Origin: an uncultured Alphaproteobacteria bacterium
Lineage (GTDB): Bacteria; Pseudomonadota; Alphaproteobacteria; Rs-D84
Assembly (NCBI GenBank): GCA_934276735.1
Contig: CAKQTG010000001.1
Location: 418,203-482,202 of the forward strand
Reading direction: 5' to 3'
Length of the DNA: 64,000 nucleotides
Below, one piece after another: positions 9,194 to 18,289 of this stretch (positions are counted from its first letter, which is position 1; each line of letters starts with the position of its first letter). The position numbers and the translations under genes were made by a program. Under the pieces are notes generated by a model. The model saw only the letters and a list, made by a program, of their open reading frames with translations. It did no database searches and was not told the origin of the DNA.

Positions 9194-10099
9194 TCAATTA
9201 CTCTGTTTTTTCTTTTGAATAACAATCATTATATGTGCACTTAATGATAACATATCTGGACACTCGCAAATTGAAAAATGCAAATCCAACCATTTTTTAT
9301 ATTGGGTTTTATTTTTTGCAATTTCATTAAATTCTTTATGTGCGTTTTGATTGGGCCATTCAAGAGCAACCTGATGTAATAATTTTGTGTTTTTTGCTGT
9401 TTTTAAAACTAAATCTTTCAATTCACTTGGCCAATAAAAATGTGCATACGAACAACCAACGAACCAATTATCATCACCGGTTTGTGCTAGTAAATTCGTT
9501 TCTTGCCAAAAATTTTTTTCGTTTTTATATCCATATGTTTTCAAATATCCTTTAAAATCTTTAACACATAAATTTAACACCGCCGGTCTTGCCATAACAG
9601 ATATAAATATCGGCGCCCCTGGTTTTGATACACGAACTAATTCTTTAATTGCTTTCTTTCTATCTTGTTCTGTTCGTAAATGTGATAACGGACCACCAAT
9701 ACATAATACCATATCAAAAGAATTATCTTTATATGGTAATTCTGTGATAGACCCTAAATCAACAGAATCAATAAATTTACCAACACGATATTGTTTGATT
9801 TTTCTTTTTGCTAATTCTAATTCTTTATCAGATATGTCCAGCAACGTCATATGATGACCTTGTTTTGCTAAATCTATTGTATACCGTCCAGGTCCGCCAC
9901 CTGCATCCAATATTTTCATACCCTTTTTCAAATACTTTTTATAAAAATATTCTGTTGTTTGAAATTCCAGCATATGTGCTGCATTTTTTGTTGTTCTGGT
10001 GAATTCTTTTTCTGCGGATTCATTATAAAAATCTTTTACGGAAACACCATTTTTGCGTTTCTTTGGTTTAACAAATAATGATTTAATGAACTGAAACAC
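9194..10099 (-). CDS. Class I SAM-dependent methyltransferase, encoded in a sharply AT-rich segment (probably acquired horizontally)
   Basis: SAM-binding motif ILDAGGGPGRYTIDLA. Start set to GTG at 10099, 8 nt after a strong aggaaggag RBS, with a tataat -10 box upstream. The track ORF start at 10180 is a TTG without an RBS. Local GC is far below the flanking genes. Confidence 0.65.
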   Translation of the reverse strand: MFQFIKSLFVKPKKRKNGVSVKDFYNESAEKEFTRTTKNAAHMLEFQTTEYFYKKYLKKGMKILDAGGGPGRYTIDLAKQGHHMTLLDISDKELELAKRKIKQYRVGKFIDSVDLGSITELPYKDNSFDMVLCIGGPLSHLRTEQDRKKAIKELVRVSKPGAPIFISVMARPAVLNLCVKDFKGYLKTYGYKNEKNFWQETNLLAQTGDDNWFVGCSYAHFYWPSELKDLVLKTAKNTKLLHQVALEWPNQNAHKEFNEIAKNKTQYKKWLDLHFSICECPDMLSLSAHIMIVIQKKKQSN

Positions 10100-10240
10100 G
10101 ATTTTTCTCCTTCCTCGTATTATACCACAGAAAGTTCGAAAATGATAATTTTCTGCAATTTTCCCAAACCGAACTTTCAAACTCGGTAAAAATATTACAA
10201 AACGAAAGAAATCTTGCCCCGATTGGCAAGTTTTGTTTTA

Positions 10241-10577
10241 GCAGCTGATTCCCTCGGCACGGTTGTGCCTGTGGGGCATTCGTATGACGTTCACGGCACT
10301 ACGTTTGTGAACATCAACTCATAGTCGAACCAACTGGTTCTGCCACCAGAAAACCCAACCAAAAATTAAACCGGCGCAAGGCCGGTTAAATTTTATATTT
10401 TATCGGTAGGCAGCTGATTCCCTCGGCACGGTTGTGCCTGTGGGGCATTCGTATGACGTTCACAGCACTGTTGTTTGTGAACGTCAACTCATTGTCGAAC
10501 CAAATGACTGGCGTCATGTGGTCGAACTGCGTTGACCACGACCAAAAATTAAACCGGCACAAGGCCGGTTAAATTTT
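10241..10577. repeat. Two tandem ~169-bp direct repeats (10241-10409 and 10410-10577) abutting the 3' end of tRNA-Gln. Each copy begins with a degenerate copy of the tRNA 3' region and ends with the same terminator-like hairpin (aaaccggcgcaaggccggttaaatttt).
   Basis: The copies are about 85-90% identical on direct reading. Both start gcagctgattccctcgg (compare the tRNA 3' region ggcagctggattcgaacc) and end ...ccaaaaattaaaccggc(g/a)caaggccggttaaatttt. Confidence 0.8.
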
Positions 10578-10651
10578 TGGTTGGGGCAGCTGGATTCGAA
10601 CCAACACTGACGGAGTCAGAGTCCGGAGTTCTACCGTTAAACTATGCCCCA
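10578..10651 (-). tRNA. tRNA-Gln (anticodon CTG)
   Basis: The reverse complement folds as a cloverleaf. It has U1-A72 like the E. coli tRNA-Gln alignment, anticodon loop CUCUGAC, T-arm GGTTCGAATCC, and an encoded CCA. Confidence 0.85.
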
Positions 10652-10737
10652 ATGCGTCGCGTATTATATAACGCCTTTTTCTGCTTTGCAATCAAAATTT
10701 GCGCTTTTGGTGGCAAGATAGGCATTTTTATGATATT

Positions 10738-11271
10738 ATGCCACCTATGAATATTCCGTTGGACAATATAATCAATTTTCACTTGGTGCGGACGCAATGT
10801 CACATAGATTGCTTGAATTATTTCGCGGGTTTGCTGGGCGCGGCGTTTCCGGCCCACGATTGTGATAAATTTACAGAACCGTATCAAACCGGATACGCAT
10901 ATCGCAACTATATGGCATATCACCCAGATATGAAAATGTTGCCCCAGCATTTGGAACTGTACAGGCGCGTTCACGACGAACATCATCAGCTGCAAGCGCA
11001 CCATATTGGTTCGTGGGACGATGTGCGCCAAATCCCAAAAATCGTTTTAACAGAAATGGTCTGTGATTGGCACAGCGCGAATTTTGAACAACTGGAAATC
11101 CAGAAATCATCAGAATACGAAAATGTTCGGGCGTTCTTTGGCCGTGTGATGGCGCCGTTGTCGTGGACCGATGCACAGCGTGAATTTATCTTGAATCTGG
11201 TTGATGAATTGGCTAAACGCACAGATTCTGGGGCATTGCGTGCAATTTGGGCACCTGCGCTGGAATTATGA
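10738..11271 (+). CDS. Hypothetical protein (His-rich HDEHHQLQAHH segment); start uncertain
   Basis: The track ORF begins at a TTG at 10699. The first in-frame ATG is at 10738. No clear RBS and no recognised domain. Confidence 0.45.
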   Translation: MPPMNIPLDNIINFHLVRTQCHIDCLNYFAGLLGAAFPAHDCDKFTEPYQTGYAYRNYMAYHPDMKMLPQHLELYRRVHDEHHQLQAHHIGSWDDVRQIPKIVLTEMVCDWHSANFEQLEIQKSSEYENVRAFFGRVMAPLSWTDAQREFILNLVDELAKRTDSGALRAIWAPALEL

Positions 11272-11318
11272 AATCAAACCCATAGATTTTACATACCGCT
11301 GCGCCGCATAATGCGGAT

Positions 11319-12458
11319 ATGGAGACGAGAAAAATATTTTATGCGCTGGCGGTGGCAATGCCATTGGTGGCTGCAAACAATGCGTATGCCTGTACGGGTA
11401 TCACATTGAAATCCGACGACGGCGGTGTCGTTGTCGCCCGAACAATAGACTGGTCGCGCGAAGAAATGGATAATATCTATGTTGTTGTCCCACGCGGTCA
11501 AACCCAGACGGCGATTTTGCCAGACAATGCGCCCGGCGGTATGCAATATACTGCAAAATACGGATACGTCGGGCTGGGTATGGAACAGGCAGAATTTATC
11601 GTAGATGGCACGAATGAGGCGGGTTTGTCTGCGGCGTTGTTCTATTTCCCGAAATATGGAAAATACAAGCCCTATGATGAGGCCCTGGCCGGGCAATCCA
11701 TTGGCGATTTGCAGTTGGTGTCGTGGGTGCTGGCAAATTGCGCCACAATCGATGATGTGCGAAATGCACTGCAAAATGTGCGCGTGATAAATATTGATTC
11801 GCGTGCCGATACGGTTCACTGGCGTTTTACCGAGAAAAATGGTCGCCAAATGATTCTGGAAATCGTTGATGGAAACATGAATTTCTATGACAGTCCGATG
11901 GGCGTTTTAACCAACGCGCCGGGATTTTCGTGGCAGACGACGAATCTGAATAACTATGTGAATTTAATCCCTGGGACCGCCGGGCCGATAAATCTGAACG
12001 GCGTAAAGTTATCTGCGTTCGGTTCAGGCAGTGGTTTCCACGGTCTGCCGGGGGATTTTACACCGCCGTCGCGATTCGTTCGCGCGTCGTTTTTGTCGTC
12101 GTATTCACTGAAACAGAAAACCGCATTTGATTCCGCAATGCAGGCGTTTCATATTCTGAATAATTTTGATGTGCCAACCGGTGTCCAGTTCGCTGTTGGT
12201 GCGGCACCAAACAATATGCCGTCGGCGACCCAGTGGACAATCGCAACAGATATGAAAAATATGGTGATTTATTACCATACTATGTATGACCGCACGGTTC
12301 GTTCAATTGATATGTCGGCAATTGACTTTGGCACGGTTGCGTTCCAGACGCACCCGCTGGACACGAACAAGCGTCCGACAATTATGCCGGTGCAAATTGA
12401 TTACAGTGCCCCGGTTGTGGTGGAAACAGACGTGACCGTGACCGAGTTTATGGAATAA
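11319..12458 (+). CDS. Choloylglycine hydrolase / penicillin V acylase family protein (Ntn hydrolase, linear amide C-N hydrolase), secreted
   Basis: Signal peptide followed immediately by the nucleophile Cys (…NNAYAC TGITLKSDDGGVVVARTIDW…), as expected for the CBAH/PVA family. Confidence 0.7.
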   Translation: METRKIFYALAVAMPLVAANNAYACTGITLKSDDGGVVVARTIDWSREEMDNIYVVVPRGQTQTAILPDNAPGGMQYTAKYGYVGLGMEQAEFIVDGTNEAGLSAALFYFPKYGKYKPYDEALAGQSIGDLQLVSWVLANCATIDDVRNALQNVRVINIDSRADTVHWRFTEKNGRQMILEIVDGNMNFYDSPMGVLTNAPGFSWQTTNLNNYVNLIPGTAGPINLNGVKLSAFGSGSGFHGLPGDFTPPSRFVRASFLSSYSLKQKTAFDSAMQAFHILNNFDVPTGVQFAVGAAPNNMPSATQWTIATDMKNMVIYYHTMYDRTVRSIDMSAIDFGTVAFQTHPLDTNKRPTIMPVQIDYSAPVVVETDVTVTEFME

Positions 12459-12540
12459 AAAATATTTGTCTTTGATTTATTATAAAAACGGCTATAATCC
12501 TTGGGTCATTTGATGAAAAACAACCCAAGGAGAAAGCATA

Positions 12541-13779
12541 ATGAAAATCAAACCATTTGCCGGCGTTCGTCCCCCAAAAGATTTAGCGGCCCAGGTCGCA
12601 TCGCGTCCATATGACGTTCTGAATTCTGTGGAGGCCAAGCAAGAGGCCGGTGAAAAATCACTGTTGCATATTATCAAACCAGAAATTGATTTTGACCCGA
12701 TTGCCGATGAACATTCACAGGCTGTCTATGACAAAGCGGTTGAAAATTTCAAACTGTGGCAGGAACGTGGCTGGCTGGTCCAGGACCCAAAAGAAATGTA
12801 TTACATCTATGCCCAGACAATGGACGGTCGCACCCAGTATGGTTTGGTCGCGGCGGCAAATGTTGATGACTATATGTCGGGCAAAATTAAAAAGCACGAA
12901 TTGACGCGCAAAGACAAAGAAGATGACCGTATGATTCACGTTCGTATCCAAAACGCGAATATTGAACCGGTGTTTTTTGCGTATCCTGATGTTGATGAAA
13001 TGAACAAAATTGTTTCGGACTGGGTTGCGTCGCACGCCCCAGAATATGACTTTGTCGCAGACGATGGTTTTGGCCACACGTTCTGGGCAATTACAGATGA
13101 CGCGGTCAATGCACGCATAACCGAAATATTCAAAAATATCCCGGCGATGTATGTTGCCGATGGTCACCACAGGACCGCCGCCGCCGCCCGTGTTGGCGCA
13201 GAAAAACGCGCACAAAATCCGAATCACACAGGAAACGAAGAATACAACTATTTCTTGGCGGTGATATTCCCAGAATCACAACTGCACGTTATTGACTATA
13301 ACCGCGTGGTGCGTGATTTGAACGGGCTGACGCCGGACGAATTCTTGGCACGCCTGGGCGAATCGTTTGATGTTGTTGATATGGGCACAGAAATTTACAA
13401 GCCGGCAAAACTGCATAACTTTGGTATGTATCTGAACGGCCATTGGTACAGTCTGACGGCGAAAGCGGGCACGTATAACGACAACGACCCGATTGGTGTT
13501 CTGGACGTGACAGTGCTGTCAAATTTGGTGTTTGATAAAATCTTGAACCTGGGCGATTTGCGCACCAGCAAGCGTATTGATTTCGTTGGTGGAATTCGCG
13601 GATTGGCCGAATTGCAAAAGCGCGTTGATTCGGGCGAAATGGTTGCGGCGTTTGCGCTGTATCCTGTCACCATGCGCCAGATTATTGACATCGCCGATAC
13701 TGGCAACATTATGCCACCCAAGACAACGTGGTTTGAACCAAAGTTGCGCAGTGGTTTGGTAATACATAAACTGTCATAA
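12541..13779 (+). CDS. DUF1015 family protein
   Basis: N-terminus MKIKPFAGVRPPKDLAAQVASRPYDVL is characteristic of DUF1015. Strong RBS aaggagaaagcataATG. Confidence 0.7.
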   Translation: MKIKPFAGVRPPKDLAAQVASRPYDVLNSVEAKQEAGEKSLLHIIKPEIDFDPIADEHSQAVYDKAVENFKLWQERGWLVQDPKEMYYIYAQTMDGRTQYGLVAAANVDDYMSGKIKKHELTRKDKEDDRMIHVRIQNANIEPVFFAYPDVDEMNKIVSDWVASHAPEYDFVADDGFGHTFWAITDDAVNARITEIFKNIPAMYVADGHHRTAAAARVGAEKRAQNPNHTGNEEYNYFLAVIFPESQLHVIDYNRVVRDLNGLTPDEFLARLGESFDVVDMGTEIYKPAKLHNFGMYLNGHWYSLTAKAGTYNDNDPIGVLDVTVLSNLVFDKILNLGDLRTSKRIDFVGGIRGLAELQKRVDSGEMVAAFALYPVTMRQIIDIADTGNIMPPKTTWFEPKLRSGLVIHKLS

Positions 13780-13806
13780 AAAACGGGGCATCGCCCCGTT
13801 TTTTAT
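13780..13806 (+). terminator. Rho-independent terminator (aaaaacggggcatcgccccgtttttt)
   Basis: Hairpin plus T-run after the DUF1015 stop. Confidence 0.7.
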
Positions 13807-13880
13807 TAGTGATAAAGCGAGTAAGTGATAGAGTGATAAAGTTTTCAGCATAAAAAATTAAAAACTTGTCGTTACTGCCG
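13806..13880. repeat. Copy of the intergenic repeat module 'gtgataaag…agtgataaag…taaaaacttgtc' (other copies at 40170-40200 reverse, 54680-54730, 63570-63640)
   Basis: Shared string (a/g)agtaagtga(c/t)agagtgataaagt…aaaaacttgtc recurs at four loci in the window. Confidence 0.6.
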
Positions 13881-14317
13881 TTGCCAACTCACAAAATTCC
13901 CGTAGGTATTTTTTATGGTTGAAATTTAATTTTTTGGCGATTATAGTGAATATGAATCCAAAGGGATTTGGGTTCGGGGCCTTCAACAAGCCCGTAAATC
14001 TGTGGTATGCGCGATGCGTATATCAAATCCGCACAGTAAAGCGGCGCACATGCGCCATTTATTGTATGTACCCCACCATTATGGTCGGGGATCCACCGGT
14101 AATACAACAGGGGAAACCCAAAGATCGGTGGGGTCATTCTGATTTATGATTTGTTGAAATCCCCGACCGTCAAATAATTTTTGGCGGTTTTTTGTAATTT
14201 GTTTTGACGTATGTCCTGGGGCGATAATTTTGCACTTGCAAGCGTCAAAACAGATGGTATAAATAAAACTAACAGACGATGAAAATCGTCATCATTTGGA
14301 ATGAAAAGGAGAGCCTT

Positions 14318-17300
14318 ATGAAAATGTCCCGTACAGCAATCAAAGAATTAACCGCGGCATATCGTGCCGTATTGAAACATGCATTTATTGCCGCAATGGG
14401 CGCAATGGTCGTTATCGGTGGCGCATCAGCCGAAAATACGAACAATCGTGAATACTTTACAGCAGATACAGAATGGTCTGGTAAAAATATTTCAAACAAT
14501 GATTTTAAGTATGCCGAAGGTCGGACTGATAAAAACAAAGCGTTTGGAGGATTGGCTTTTGTTGATGGGGCAAAATTGACGGTTGCAGATTCTGTGTTTG
14601 ACAATAACACATTTGATTATGTTGGTGGTGTTTTTGCAACTGGCGTCGGTGGGGGCGTATTAGATGTATCTGGTTCAACATTTTCTAATAATCATAGCAC
14701 ATTTGATGGTGGTGCCATTGGTGGCTATGGCGTGTTAAAGGTCACAAATTCTACATTTGTTGGAAACACAACAGATTTGACCAAGGATGCCGAAGGTAAT
14801 TATACTGTTGCAGTTGAGGATAATTTGCCAGTAGGCGGTGGTGCAATTTCGTTTGGTGCGGTTTCATCATCAGATATTGCATCAATCAATGACACAAAAT
14901 TTATTAATAATGTGTCTGGAATAAATGGTGGTGCTATTGGAACGCGTTTGGGCAAGGATGCAAATAACAGTGCAGCAAAATTAAACGTATCGGCAACGTT
15001 TGAAGGCAATCGCGCATATCAAAATGGTGGTGCGATTTATAATACGTTTTATGCGAATAATGGTTTGGAATTGGGCGATGGTGTGACCGTGGCTGGTAAT
15101 TTTACCAAAAATTCCGCAGGCAAAAACGGTGGCGCAATCTTTAACGATGGTGCCAAGGACAATATTGGTAATGCCGGTGGCGTTATGACCATTCGCGATT
15201 CGTTGTTCAGTGAAAACAGTGCAACAAAATGGGGCGGGGCAATCTTTAACAGTGGCACATTGACACTGGGCGATGGCGTTTCGTTCACAGGCAACAGCGC
15301 AACAGATGGTGGTGCGGTTTGGAATGACGGTAAAATGGAAATCGCCGCAGGAACTAAGTTTGTTGGCAATAATAGTAAAAATGCCGCTGGTGCGTTGTAT
15401 AACAATGGTACTGGAACATTGGACAATCTGATTGGTGTTGTTTTTGAAAATAATACCGCGGCGAAGGGTGGTGCTATTAACAATTCAAAAACATCAGCCA
15501 GCGTCAAGGGTGGAATAATAAATCTGATTTCAAAATCACATTTCATTGGTAATTCTGGTGGAATATCTCAAGGGGGGGCAATCCGTAATCAGGGAACTAT
15601 ATCTAAAATTGAAAAGAGTGTATTTGACTCCAACGTCGCAGGAAATGGTGGCGCAATCAATAATGGAACCTGGGGCAGCGTGGTAGAAGGTATTTATCAG
15701 ACAAAGTTTATCAATAATACGGCGGTTGTGGGACCAGCCCAGCAAGGTGGTGCGATTGTCAATGCAGGACACATCGGCATTATTGATGAAACGGTGTTTG
15801 AATCAAACCATGCTGGCAAGATTGGTGGTGCAATAGCAAATGTGACCCCACAAAATAGTGGTGGCGACCCTGCAGAGGTTAATATTGCAAATTCTACATT
15901 TACAGGTAATGTTGCCGGTGAAAGCGGTGGTGCAATATACAATGCCACAGGTGGGGCGGTAAGTCTGTCTGGGGAAAATACGTTTACTGGTAATATGGCG
16001 GGTGGCGTCGGAAACGATATTCACAATTTGGGTAAATTGACGGTGTCGGGCGGCACAACGACCATTGATGGCGGTATCACAGGCGATGGCGCATTGACCA
16101 TTGCTGATGGCGCAACACTGAATATCGGTACCACAACGGTTCAACAAAAAGAATTGACACTGGACGGCACGGTTGGAGTATCACTGATAGACGCTGAAAA
16201 TTACGGTAAATTGTGGGTGGAAACATATACAGGCAACGGTAAGATTGCGCTGAATGTTGCAACGCCTGGGACATACGATGTTTTTGGAGAGTATGTCGTG
16301 TATGATAATGTTGATGCCGGTGCGGTATATAACATGGTCAGAGATGGCGGTAAGTTCACTTTCAAAACCAAAGCAGTGAATGAAATTGCAGCTGACACTG
16401 GGTTGACGAATGTTGCCGCAAATACGGTTGCTGCGTTGGCAAATGCAGATAACAATTTGGCAAATATTGCATCGCTGAACGCGCAACAGGCATTGCGTAA
16501 TGGCGATACAGATTATGTTGAAATCGAATCTGCCAAGGCAAACCCAATTGATCAACCTGTCGTTCAATCGGTTGCGCAATCTGTTCAGGGCGCAGTCATG
16601 ACACTGGCGGCGAATCGTATGGCGGGCACACCATCGGCGGGCACAATGGGCCGCAGCGGTGGTGATTTGTCTGATGCTGATTACGGCGTGTGGGCACAGG
16701 GTATGTTTAACAAATCCAAATTCAATGGCCAGTTCAACGGATACACCCGTGGTGTGTCGGCTGGGTTTGATGCGCTGATTGACAAACAGTACACGATTGG
16801 TTTGGGTTATGCGTTCGGACATTCTGATGTTCATGCCAATGGCGGTCGCGATACCGAAATTGACAGCAATAGCATATTTGCATATGCCCAGTACAAGCCA
16901 AGCGAATGGTTCGTCAATGCGGCATTGAATTACACAATGTCAAAATATACCGAAACCGTTGACGCATTTGGTGTTCGTCTGAAATCAGACCACGATACTG
17001 ATGCGTTCGGTGGCCAGGTTATGACCGGTTATGATTTTGCATCAGGCCTGACGCCGGAAATTGGTCTGCGCTATTTGCACGTGACCCAGGACGGATACAA
17101 TAACGGTCTGGCACACGTCAGCAGCGATGATACAGATTTCTTGACTGGAATTGCCGGTATGAAATATCGTTTCGCAATTGAAAACGATTCGGTTATCAAC
17201 TGGTTCCCAGAACTGCGTGCGGCGGCGACGTATGATTTTGTGTCTGACCGTGCGATGTCCACCGTTACAATGCCAGGCGCGGCGTCCTATGTGGTTGATG

Positions 17301-17449
17301 GCGACCGTCTGTCCCGATTCGGTGGGGAATTCGGAATTGGTCTGACCGCAGAATACAAAGGACTGGAAATCTCGCTGGTTTATGATTTGGATCTGCACAA
17401 AGATTACACATCACAAACCGGTATGGCAAAATTCAGATATGAATTCTGA
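14318..17449 (+). CDS. Polymorphic-outer-membrane-protein (Pmp)-like autotransporter. The passenger is full of GGAI and FxxN repeats; a C-terminal beta-barrel ends in ...KFRYEF.
   Basis: At least 12 GGA[IV] motifs (GGAISFG, GGAIGTR, GGAIYNT, GGAIFND…) alternate with F(V/T/E/I)GN motifs. The C-terminal ~300 aa is beta-strand-like and ends in an aromatic residue. Start moved to ATG 14318, six nt after an aaggag RBS. Confidence 0.8.
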   Translation: MKMSRTAIKELTAAYRAVLKHAFIAAMGAMVVIGGASAENTNNREYFTADTEWSGKNISNNDFKYAEGRTDKNKAFGGLAFVDGAKLTVADSVFDNNTFDYVGGVFATGVGGGVLDVSGSTFSNNHSTFDGGAIGGYGVLKVTNSTFVGNTTDLTKDAEGNYTVAVEDNLPVGGGAISFGAVSSSDIASINDTKFINNVSGINGGAIGTRLGKDANNSAAKLNVSATFEGNRAYQNGGAIYNTFYANNGLELGDGVTVAGNFTKNSAGKNGGAIFNDGAKDNIGNAGGVMTIRDSLFSENSATKWGGAIFNSGTLTLGDGVSFTGNSATDGGAVWNDGKMEIAAGTKFVGNNSKNAAGALYNNGTGTLDNLIGVVFENNTAAKGGAINNSKTSASVKGGIINLISKSHFIGNSGGISQGGAIRNQGTISKIEKSVFDSNVAGNGGAINNGTWGSVVEGIYQTKFINNTAVVGPAQQGGAIVNAGHIGIIDETVFESNHAGKIGGAIANVTPQNSGGDPAEVNIANSTFTGNVAGESGGAIYNATGGAVSLSGENTFTGNMAGGVGNDIHNLGKLTVSGGTTTIDGGITGDGALTIADGATLNIGTTTVQQKELTLDGTVGVSLIDAENYGKLWVETYTGNGKIALNVATPGTYDVFGEYVVYDNVDAGAVYNMVRDGGKFTFKTKAVNEIAADTGLTNVAANTVAALANADNNLANIASLNAQQALRNGDTDYVEIESAKANPIDQPVVQSVAQSVQGAVMTLAANRMAGTPSAGTMGRSGGDLSDADYGVWAQGMFNKSKFNGQFNGYTRGVSAGFDALIDKQYTIGLGYAFGHSDVHANGGRDTEIDSNSIFAYAQYKPSEWFVNAALNYTMSKYTETVDAFGVRLKSDHDTDAFGGQVMTGYDFASGLTPEIGLRYLHVTQDGYNNGLAHVSSDDTDFLTGIAGMKYRFAIENDSVINWFPELRAAATYDFVSDRAMSTVTMPGAASYVVDGDRLSRFGGEFGIGLTAEYKGLEISLVYDLDLHKDYTSQTGMAKFRYEF

Positions 17450-17451
17450 TA

Positions 17452-17490
17452 GAACAGAAACGGGGCAATGCCCCGTTTCTTTTTTCAGTA
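17452..17490. terminator. Bidirectional terminator (agaaacggggcaatgccccgtttct followed by T-run) between convergent genes
   Basis: Perfect hairpin flanked by A-run and T-run. Confidence 0.7.
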
Positions 17491-17525
17491 ATAAAGTTTA
17501 AATTGTCGGCCCACAGAGCAGGGGG

Positions 17526-18230
17526 TTATTTAAAATATTTGCTGTGTTGTTCTTGGGATATTTTATACATTTTGTCAAACAGTGCGTCGGCATCGGCGCG
17601 TGTTGCGGGGCCCGATGTTGTGCCACCAATATCGGCACCGTTTAATATAACCAGACGACTGGGGGCCAGGTCATTGCCACATTCGATAAAGTATTCGGCA
17701 CTGTCGTAATATTTACCAAAACAGCGACCGTTTGCAATCCCGGCATATCCGGCATCGGCCAGTGCATTGCACGATGGTTGCGCACCGCGTGTGATTTCGC
17801 CATTACCCAATGTTTCATACACATCGTATCCCGCCGCGCCCAGGACACCATTGCACCATACGTTCACGTATTGCCCGTCCAGTGAAACGGTTGTGCCATT
17901 TGAACTGGTCTTGCGTGAACCAAAGCAATCGCCATTTAATATATTTATGTCATAGTCACGGGTATTGATTCCCGCGCCACGTGAAATTTCTGCGCGTCCG
18001 ATTGGGGTTGCGTCGTCTGATTGCGGACTGAGTGCCGCACCGCAAATCATTTTGATTCCGCGACAATTACTGGTCGCGTCCCATAATTCGGTGTCATAAC
18101 CCGCGCCCATTGAAACATAGCATTTTGTTGGATCCAGGCGGCAAACCGTCGGCTGTTGCCACCAGGGGGTGGCGGCTGTTGCCGCGCCACATAATACCGA
18201 AATCACAGAAAACGCAAATATTTTTTTCAT
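17526..18230 (-). CDS. Secreted hypothetical protein (234 aa, 10 Cys), last gene of the infA / paralog-A transcription unit
   Basis: Start moved to ATG 18230 (MKKIFAFSVISVLCGAATAATPWW, signal peptide). It lies 60 bp downstream of paralog A on the same strand. Confidence 0.6.
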   Translation of the reverse strand: MKKIFAFSVISVLCGAATAATPWWQQPTVCRLDPTKCYVSMGAGYDTELWDATSNCRGIKMICGAALSPQSDDATPIGRAEISRGAGINTRDYDINILNGDCFGSRKTSSNGTTVSLDGQYVNVWCNGVLGAAGYDVYETLGNGEITRGAQPSCNALADAGYAGIANGRCFGKYYDSAEYFIECGNDLAPSRLVILNGADIGGTTSGPATRADADALFDKMYKISQEQHSKYFK

Positions 18231-18289
18231 TTCAATCTCTTGGTATGTGTGTATTCTACCAGAATTTGCCCCGATATGCAAGGTCGCCA

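Noticed and set aside
10099-10180. Track start (TTG at 10180) for the methyltransferase, and TTG at 10699 / 46530 / 31108 for other genes
   Set aside because: The track evidently accepts TTG/GTG starts. In each case a downstream ATG or GTG with a much better RBS gives a protein aligning with family N-termini.
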